Assembly (NCBI GenBank): GCA_013416795.1
Contig: RQSC01000029.1
Location: 6,458-70,457, forward strand
DNA length: 64,000 bases
Direction: 5' to 3'
Origin: Prasinococcaceae sp. CCMP 1430
Lineage: Eukaryota; Plantae; Prasinodermophyta
Shown in pieces: positions 56,412 to 64,000 of this stretch. A model generated the notes under the pieces. It did no database searches and was not told the DNA's origin. It worked only from the letters and a program-made list of their open reading frames with translations. The translations under genes and the position numbers were made by a program. Position 1 is the first letter of the stretch; each line of letters begins with the position of its first letter.

Positions 56412-58886
56412 TTATTCAGCTACCTCAATGGCCTCGGACACGGGTGTGTCCTCGATCGGGGTCGCCGGTAGCTCAGCGACTAGCCTTGGCCCCTGAGGAA
56501 GCTCGCCAGGTGCGAGCGCGAACATCGGCGCGCACAGTGCATCGGGCACTGCGCTAGGCGCGTCCACCTTGTCGCCTTCCGCGCGCTGGTCGCCCCAGCA
56601 CGCGTCAAGCAAAAGCGCGACCTGCTCCGTGAGCTGCATCGCGCCAGTGCCAGCGTGAGAAGCCAACGCGGCGGATGCCGTGCGCACCAGCGCCAGTCCG
56701 AACTCCTGCAGCGTGAGGCGCTCGGTCGCCGCGAAGACGTCCGAGGCGAAGTTTGGTCCCGATACGGCAGCAAGAGCTGCGGCCACCGACAGCGACATAT
56801 CAGAGGCGGCCGGAGGAGCCACACTCACCGCGGGCTCCTCGTCGCCCTCCGCTCCGCCCTGCTCGCCGGCTGCGCCCGCGCCCTCGGTGTCGCGCTCTGT
56901 CTCGTTTCCGGCCGCAGTCATTGCGCCCTCGCCTGCGCCAGCGCCCCCGTCAGCAGGCTCCAAGCTCGTCTTGCCGTCGGCCGACGCGCTATCAGCGGCG
57001 TCAGCGGCACCGTTTGCGGCGTCAGCAACGCCCTCACTGCCATCCGCGGCGCCCCCCGCGGCGGCCTCGTCGTCGCCAGCCCCCCCTCCTTCCGCGGCAC
57101 CCTCGACCGGGCCGGTCTCGCCCTCACTTGCGTCGGCCGTGCTGTCCCTTGCGACTTCGACGGCGGCCCGCAGCACACGACTCGCATGTAGCGCGCGCAG
57201 CACTGCCCCAATCGACACGAGTCCCGAGCCGTCGTTCTCACCCGCATCAGCCGCCGTAGCGTGGAATGCTGCTGCGATTGCGGACGCGTGAGCGTCCGCC
57301 GCGCGCAGCGCGTCGGCTATTGCCCCGGGGCTACTGGTGGTGGCACCCGGTTTCAGCGGCGCGCCGCCACCGGCGCGCGCAGTACCAGCCGAGAGTTGCA
57401 AGTCCCCCACGAGCAAAGCGCTCACTCGCTCGGGTAGGCTCCCAAGATTGCGGTAGCGTGCATGCGCGAGGCGCACGAGCGTCTCAGCGAAGTCACGATA
57501 GAGCAGCCAGACCTCGGCGACGCCCTCGCCCGCAGCCGCACCCGACGTTGCAATCGCGCTACCTGCAAGCGCGGCGAGCGCAGCCTCCCTTATCTCCTCC
57601 ATCCGCAGCATGCGCCCGCCGGCATTGGCTTGCGTGGCGGTGCTGGCAGCTAGGGCCGTCGGCGCACACGCGATGCCGATACCTGCGTCCATGCACAGCG
57701 CACTGAGCTGCGTCAGTGCGAGGACGTAGGGCTGCGCGGGATCGCGCTCGAAGGATGAAAATCCGAAGCCCACCGGCGAATGCGCCGCGTAGCGGCGGTA
57801 GAGCGCACGTAGCTCCGAGCAGTGCTCGAGCAGTAAATTGAGTACGCGCTTCTCTGCGTCCGCCTCCAATGCTGGTTCCGACGCGCCCGCGCTCCCGCCC
57901 GGGGCGCCGAGCGCCAGCACATCGCCGAGGCGCAGCGTGACGCCGTTGGGAGAGTCGGGCCGAAGAAACACCGCGCGCCCCGTCGCGGGGTCAACCGCGC
58001 GGTCATCGACCCACTCGCACGAGCGGCTCGAGCCATCCTCGAATACGAAGATGCCGGTGCCGTGCTTGTGCCCGCGCACGAATGAGCCCGCGTACGTCGC
58101 ACCCGTTGAGTAGTAAAACACACCCTCGCCGTGGCGCTCGCCGTCCACGAATTCCCCCTCGTAGCGATTGCAGCGGCAGCGCTGTGCCGACATCGACTCG
58201 GCCTCGACCTCGAAGCCACCCTCGTCACCGTCTCCGTCCCCGACCGTTCCGAACCACACCATCACACCGCGCCCGTTGGGCTTGCCATCTACCCACTCCC
58301 CAGTGTAGCGTTGTCCGGCGGCCTTCCACGTCATGGTGCCGCTCCCGTGTTTCACATCGTCCACCCAGCCTCCCTCGTACACGTTGCCGCTCGGGTACTG
58401 CATGACACCGCGGCCGTGGCGGCGGTCTCTGACCCACTCGCCCTCGTACTGCCCGCCCCCTCCGTCGCTGCCGCAGTCGGCCTCGCCGGGCGCAGCGAAG
58501 CGCAGCACGCCCACGCCGTGGCGCGCGCCGCTGACCCAGTCGCCCGTATAGGAGGCGCCGCTCGCGAGCGTGAGCGTGCCGCGGCCGTGGCGCTCGCCGC
58601 GCAGCACGGCGCCCTCGTACACCGCGGCGCCCGCCGCCGATGCCGCGGGCCACTCGTATCGCCCCTCACCGCTCGCCTCGTTCGCCACGAAGTCGCCCGC
58701 GTAGCGCACGCCGTCCGGCCACGTGTACTCGCCCCGTCCGTGCATGAGGCCGCGCTCCCACGCGCCCTCGTATCGCGCCCCGGCGCCGCGGAAGGCGGCC
58801 TTCCCAGCGCCGTCCGGCAGGCCGCTCGCCGCGTCTCGCTCGCCCTCGTACGATTCCAACAGCACATCGAGCACCGCGGGCTCCAC
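56412..58886 (-). CDS. MORN-repeat protein, RSPH10B-like
   Basis: About 10 MORN repeats (YEGxWxxGxxHGxG), then EL..LYRRYA and LLYRDFAETLVRLAHARY helical motifs and an acidic tail. Confidence 0.8.
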   Translation of the reverse strand: MEPAVLDVLLESYEGERDAASGLPDGAGKAAFRGAGARYEGAWERGLMHGRGEYTWPDGVRYAGDFVANEASGEGRYEWPAASAAGAAVYEGAVLRGERHGRGTLTLASGASYTGDWVSGARHGVGVLRFAAPGEADCGSDGGGGQYEGEWVRDRRHGRGVMQYPSGNVYEGGWVDDVKHGSGTMTWKAAGQRYTGEWVDGKPNGRGVMVWFGTVGDGDGDEGGFEVEAESMSAQRCRCNRYEGEFVDGERHGEGVFYYSTGATYAGSFVRGHKHGTGIFVFEDGSSRSCEWVDDRAVDPATGRAVFLRPDSPNGVTLRLGDVLALGAPGGSAGASEPALEADAEKRVLNLLLEHCSELRALYRRYAAHSPVGFGFSSFERDPAQPYVLALTQLSALCMDAGIGIACAPTALAASTATQANAGGRMLRMEEIREAALAALAGSAIATSGAAAGEGVAEVWLLYRDFAETLVRLAHARYRNLGSLPERVSALLVGDLQLSAGTARAGGGAPLKPGATTSSPGAIADALRAADAHASAIAAAFHATAADAGENDGSGLVSIGAVLRALHASRVLRAAVEVARDSTADASEGETGPVEGAAEGGGAGDDEAAAGGAADGSEGVADAANGAADAADSASADGKTSLEPADGGAGAGEGAMTAAGNETERDTEGAGAAGEQGGAEGDEEPAVSVAPPAASDMSLSVAAALAAVSGPNFASDVFAATERLTLQEFGLALVRTASAALASHAGTGAMQLTEQVALLLDACWGDQRAEGDKVDAPSAVPDALCAPMFALAPGELPQGPRLVAELPATPIEDTPVSEAIEVAE

Positions 58887-59514
58887 GTGCGGCGCGCCCG
58901 CGGGCAGCGGCGGCGGCGCCGACGCCCCGCCAGATCACGCCGCGAAAGGTGAACTCGACGGGCTCTGTGGGCTCAGCTCGGCCATCCTCCCGCACGCGCC
59001 CGCGGGTGTGGCGCCCTCGCGTCGCCCCACCCCCTGCCCCCACTCCCCCGCGCGCGCACGCGCGCGTACGCTCGCGTGCAAACACGGACCCACGAAGGTT
59101 TCAGATTTAGATAATGGCCGAATTTTGGGGGCGGAAAGAACCCGTATTTGATCCGGAGTGGGCGCGCTATCCTGGGCCGTTCGAGGTGACTCCCGTGGAC
59201 ACTTATCGAGAAAATCATCCCGATTGGGCCAACGAGCGCGGCGGGGCTGAGCTCCGCGTGTGCGCGCGCGCGGGAAAAAAAAATCGGCACCGGGTGGCGC
59301 TGAGCTGGCCGCTGCGGGCAGCGCTCGCCCCCGCCCGCGCGCGCCACAGCCACGCGCGGCGCGCCTCGACCCGGCCCTCCACGCAGGGGCCTTCCGCCTC
59401 CCACGCGCGCGCGCGCCCGGGCTGGGGGGGGGGCCGGTGCAGCGGCCCGCGCTCGTCGCTTTCGCAGCGCCCCCGCGTGAGGAGGGGGACGGGGTGGCGG
59501 CGGCCGTGGCAGCG

Positions 59515-61356
59515 ATGGCGAGGCCGTGTGGGCCGTACGTGGGCGCCATCGACCAGGGTACGACGAGCTCGCGCTTCATCCTATTCGATGTGACGCGCAC
59601 CGCCGTGGCATCGCACCAGCTCGAGCACGACCAGGTGGAGGAGCGGCCGGGCTGGTGCGAGCACAAGCCAGCGCAGATCGTCGAACGCGTGCGCGAGTGC
59701 ATCGAGGTGCGGGCGCATGCGCGGGTAGGCGCACGCGAGCATGCGCGAGGGCGAGCATCAGGCGCGCGCGCGCGTAGGTGCGCCGCTGATGTCGGTGCGC
59801 GCGCGCACATCCCAGGTGGCGATGGCCCAGGCCAAGTCCGAGCACGGCATCGAGCCGCGCGACGTTGCTGGTGTGGGCATCACCAATCAACGCGAGACGC
59901 TCGTGGTGTGGGATCGCACCAGCGGCAAGCCCCTGCACAACGCGCTCGTGTGGCACGACCTGCGCACCGCCGCGGTCGCAGAGGGCATCAAGCGCGACCA
60001 CGGAGGCGCGGACGCCTTCCGCGACGTGACTGGCCTGCCTGTATCGACGTACTTCTCCGCGACCAAGCTCATGTGGCTGCGCGACAATGTACCGGCGGTG
60101 GCGGAGGCGCTGAGGGACGGCTCGGCGATGGTGGGCACGATCGACTCGTGGCTGCTCTACAGCCTCACGGGAGGCGCCGGCAAGGGCGTACACGTGACCG
60201 ACGTGAGCAACGCGAGCCGCACGATGCTGATGGACCTGCGCGCGCGCGAGTGGCACGCGCCCACGTGCGACACGCTCGGCGTGCCGCTCAAGTGCCTGCC
60301 CCAGATCCGCTCCAACGCCGAGGTGTATGGCGCCATTGTCGGCGGCCCACTGGACGGCGTGGCGCTGAGCGGCTGCGTGGGCGACCAGCAGGCGGCGGTG
60401 CTGGGGCACAGATGCGTCGAAGGGGAGGCGAAGAACACATACGGCACGGGTTGCTTTATGCTGATGCACACCGGTGACCGCGTGGTGCCATCCGCGCACG
60501 GCCTGCTGAGCACGGCACTCTTCCAGCTTGGGCCCGACGCCACGCCGCAGTACGCGCTCGAGGGGAGCGTCGCCACGGCCGGCTGCGGCGTCCAGTGGCT
60601 CAGGGACAAGCTGGGCATCATCTCCGAGTCCTCCGAAGTCGAGACGAAGGCAGAGTCGGTGCCGGACACCGCGGGCGTGTACTTCGTGCCCGCGCTGACC
60701 GGCCTGTACGCCCCGCACTGGCGCGCGGATGCGCGTGGCACCGTAGTTGGGCTCACGCACTACGCGACGGACGCGCACATCTGCCGGGCGATGCTCGAAG
60801 CCATCTGCTTCCAGTCGAACGAGGTCCTGGAGTCAATGGTCAAGGACGAGCAGTCTGAGGTGTGTGCGCGCCCCTCACCAGCGCGACTGCGCGCGCGAGG
60901 GGCGGGATGCGGGCGGTGTCGATGATGGCTGACCGCTGCGACCACGCACGTGCGCCAATCAGGGTGGTACCGTGGAGCTGAAGCGCCTGCTGGTGGATGG
61001 GGGTGCATGCGTGAACAACCTGCTGATGCAGACCCAAGCGGACCTGCTGGGCGTGCCGGTATTCCGCCCAGAGTACGTCGAGACGACTGCGTTGGGCGCG
61101 GCTATCGCGGCGGGCGTGGGCATTGGCGTGTGGAGCCAGGTGCGTGATACCGGTCGCCTTGGGCCACGGCTCGCGCAGGTGGCCGCTCGCGCAAAGCTCG
61201 CCGCTCCGGGCGCGTGCGGATGCGCTGACCCCAGTCCCACACCCGCGTGTGCGATGGCAGGAGATGCTCTTCGGCGAGGATGGCCGCGCGGACGCGGCCG
61301 GCACCACCTTTGAACCGGGCAACCACGCCAAGGATCGCGCGCGGCGCAAGCGACGC
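59515..61356 (+). CDS. glpK: Glycerol kinase, 4 exons
   Basis: [63 protein letters not shown] and VDGG..NNLLMQ.QAD. Introns 59707-59815, 60860-60962 and 61140-61260 splice in phase 0. Confidence 0.96.
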
Positions 61357-61688
61357 TGGGCGCAGGCGCTCGAGCGGAGCCTTGGCTGGGGGGAGGAGGA
61401 GGTGGTGGAAGACTAGATCTGCTGGGTGGGTTCCAAGTAGGGGGGAAGAGGGAGGGTGGGGCACAGCATCCGCGCGCCAATCGTAAGTGCACGCGCGCGT
61501 CGTTGTTTCAATTCTGTCTTACTACTTTGTACTGTAGGTTCGCGCAATTTACGCCTTCATTGCTAGGACGGCATGCCTGTCTTGTTTCGATGATATCATC
61601 TTCACGCTGGTGTAACTTTCTCTCAGAAAAATGAGGGGCGCATGCATGTAAGAGATTTGAGACCAGCAGAAGCGCTGGCGAGCGACGC

Positions 61689-64000
61689 TCACTCTGCGCT
61701 GCCTCCGTCACCAGAGCCACCTGCGCCTGCAGCCGGTGCTTCCCGATCCTTTGCTGCCGCCGCCGCTCCACTGGTTTCCTCGGTGCACATGCCCGTGGCC
61801 TGTGAGGCCGAGTTCGCAGCTCCACCGCTTCCTCCGGTGTTGTCCGATCCGGTCGCGTTGCCCGCGGCCGCGCCGCCCGAGTTTGAGGGGTCGTGCTTGA
61901 GGAATTGGCCCCGGAAGCGAGGCCGCGCCTCAGCAAGCTTCTTTCGGCTCATGTAGCGTATTTTCTTGGTGAAGGTGCGCGCCTTGCGCTTCTCCCTGAA
62001 CTTCTCGAGCGCGGCCGCACGATTACTGGTGGCAACCGCCTTGTCCACCAGCGAGTGTGGGTACTTGTGGCCCGTGGACGAGTCCGAGACCGCAGGCGCA
62101 ACACTCCCCGAGCCCCCTTGACCCTGCGCACTGGGCACGCTGGTGACGGCCGAGGGCCCAGCAGTACCGGACCCGATCACGCTGCCGTGCATGCCTGACG
62201 GTGGCATGGCGACCATCATCTGCGGCAGCGTTCCCGACTGCTGCATCTGCTGGAAGTGCTGCATCTGTTGCGCGTTCATGCTCATCACGCCAGACGCACG
62301 CGGGTCCGTCGGCGCGCCAGCATTGCCGCGCTGCACGCCGTCCGGTGTCATGGCGCCCACCTGCGAGGGCCGATTGGACGGCGTCACGACGGGGTAGCCG
62401 TTCGGGTTAAACGGGTCTGGCATCGACGCGGACATCGATGGCGCGCTCGGATCCGACATCGACATGGCGATCGGTGGCCCACTCGCGCTGAAGGGCATTT
62501 GCGGAAACTGGCCCATTCCGGGAAAGGGCGGAATCCCAGGCGGCATGCCAGGCGGCATGACGCCGGGTGGCATGATGCCCTGGGACTGCATCGCCTGGTA
62601 CACCTGCGCTGGCGGCATCGGACGCGCGCCCGCCATCCACATCTGCTGGGCCAACACCGCCTGCGTGGACATTCCCGCTTGCATGTTGACGTCGCCCATA
62701 GCGGCATTCATGGGCGGTCCGGCGGCCATTTGCATCGGCGGCGCCACGAGCATGGGCGGTCGCACCGGGCGAGCACTCGGTGCATTCCCAGTGCTGTTGC
62801 TTCCCGACACCCTTCGACCGTCCATGAGCACGTCCGTCGACGCAGTGCCATTAGTGCCGGCGCCATTGTTCGCACCGGTCGCGTGCTCCGAGATGGAGCC
62901 CGAGCCATTGCTTCGCCCGTTGCTGCCAGGTGCAGAGCCTGAGCGCCGCGCCCGCTCGCCGCTACTACGCCGAGTGCCGCTGCTCCCCCCACGGTGCTGC
63001 TTGCCGCCGCGACGGCCCGCCGGACCCGTCGCCCTACCCCCGCTATCCGCAGCACTCTTCCCCTGCAGCCGCGCTTGAGGCGCAGCGCCATTGCCCGTCC
63101 GCTTTCCATCCACCTTGGGCTGCGGTTGCTTGCCGCCAGCCCCAGCTGCCCCCGCGCTGGCGTGCCCGTCTGGCGACGTGCGCTTGATGCGCTTGTTGGT
63201 GGGCTCTTCGCCGTCAGCTCTGCGCGGCGAGTTCGAGTACGCCGCGAACGCGCTCGCCTTCTCGCCACTGTGGTCGCCGCTTGCGTCCTTTCCGTCTTTA
63301 GTGCCGTTGGTTCCGCCGCTGCTGCTCGGGTTGGCACTCGCGGCGCGCAGCCGTTTTGCTGGGACGTCCCTCTCAGTGCTGCCACGCGCCTGCTGGGCCT
63401 CGGGGCTGGCGCTGCCGTCGTTGCGCGCGCTGCCACGGCCATTCGTGGGCAGGCCCGCAGCGACTGCCGCCGCGCCTGCCACCGTGTCAGCGCCAGCCTT
63501 GGCGGCACTGTCCTTCTTCTTGGGCAGGCCCGTGTCGTCCACGGGGCTGCGTGAGCCACTCTTGTTGCCGCGGTCGCCATGGCCGGCGCCTGCCAGTGAG
63601 GCGTTGCCGCTGCCGCCGTTGCGCCCGCCGTCACTGCCACCGCCGCTGCCACTGCGATCGTTGGCACCACCCCCACTGCCGCCATCGCCGCTGCCACCTT
63701 CGCCACCGCTGCCACCTCCGCTGCCGCCGCCGCTGCCCTTGCCACCATTGGTGTCGTCCGCGGGTAGCGCGCCTGCATTCGCCGCCTTCGCGGCGCGCGG
63801 CGTCAAGCCAGAGCCAACGTGCGCGGGCGCTGTGGTAGGTGGCGAGTGCCTGCGCGTGGCAGGCGGCGGCGGCAAGCCTGCGGTGCCAGCAGTGCCGTTG
63901 CCGTTGCCATTGAGAGCATGGTAGGCGCTCATCGCAGTGCCATTGCCATTGCCGTTGCCATTGCCATTGCCGTTGCCATTGCCAGTGGCGGAGTACCCAT
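61689..64000 (-). CDS. CCT-domain protein (PRR/TOC1- or CONSTANS-like); 5' end beyond the window
   Basis: [40 protein letters not shown]. The frame stays open to the window edge. Confidence 0.9.
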   Translation of the reverse strand, partial: GYSATGNGNGNGNGNGNGNGTAMSAYHALNGNGNGTAGTAGLPPPPATRRHSPPTTAPAHVGSGLTPRAAKAANAGALPADDTNGGKGSGGGSGGGSGGEGGSGDGGSGGGANDRSGSGGGSDGGRNGGSGNASLAGAGHGDRGNKSGSRSPVDDTGLPKKKDSAAKAGADTVAGAAAVAAGLPTNGRGSARNDGSASPEAQQARGSTERDVPAKRLRAASANPSSSGGTNGTKDGKDASGDHSGEKASAFAAYSNSPRRADGEEPTNKRIKRTSPDGHASAGAAGAGGKQPQPKVDGKRTGNGAAPQARLQGKSAADSGGRATGPAGRRGGKQHRGGSSGTRRSSGERARRSGSAPGSNGRSNGSGSISEHATGANNGAGTNGTASTDVLMDGRRVSGSNSTGNAPSARPVRPPMLVAPPMQMAAGPPMNAAMGDVNMQAGMSTQAVLAQQMWMAGARPMPPAQVYQAMQSQGIMPPGVMPPGMPPGIPPFPGMGQFPQMPFSASGPPIAMSMSDPSAPSMSASMPDPFNPNGYPVVTPSNRPSQVGAMTPDGVQRGNAGAPTDPRASGVMSMNAQQMQHFQQMQQSGTLPQMMVAMPPSGMHGSVIGSGTAGPSAVTSVPSAQGQGGSGSVAPAVSDSSTGHKYPHSLVDKAVATSNRAAALEKFREKRKARTFTKKIRYMSRKKLAEARPRFRGQFLKHDPSNSGGAAAGNATGSDNTGGSGGAANSASQATGMCTEETSGAAAAAKDREAPAAGAGGSGDGGSAE
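63895..63985. repeat. Hexamer repeats (gccatt/gccgtt) encoding poly-(Gly-Asn) in the CCT gene
   Basis: Directly visible; in frame on the minus strand. Confidence 0.85.

Overview
This window is gene-dense, very GC-rich eukaryotic DNA from a green alga. That call rests on the 18S/5.8S/28S sequence, short GT-AG introns, TGTAA poly(A) signals, and plastid-type TGD3 and riboflavin synthase. A prasinophyte-grade organism such as Prasinoderma is only a guess and needs an 18S BLAST. About 25 protein genes are readable: a secreted LNR+FG-GAP protein (partial), E2F, cysteine synthase, a Pro-rich membrane protein, an adenylate kinase fused to a DNL zinc finger, an ELMO-domain protein, a P4-ATPase, WDR46/UTP7, a FAM72-domain protein, a GNAT, a METTL21-like methyltransferase, a J-domain protein, CTU1, TGD3, riboflavin synthase, a TBC Rab-GAP, an RWP-RK factor, NUP50, an EamA transporter, HCCS, DRC8/EFCAB2, a GATA-like/AT-hook protein, an RSPH10B-like MORN protein, glycerol kinase and a CCT-domain protein (partial). 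One rDNA unit sits at about 25.3-30.9 kb. Its 18S carries a 392-nt group I intron at E. coli position 1506, and its 28S is abruptly truncated against a duplicated 307-bp genic fragment. Next to an N gap lies a ~490-bp bacterial segment (MerR-type promoter plus the N-terminus of a PbrT/FTR1-type permease) fused in frame to the algal methyltransferase; contamination or gap filling is at least as likely as gene transfer. The assembly is a draft with several N gaps. All calls come from motif recognition by eye, with no database searches.
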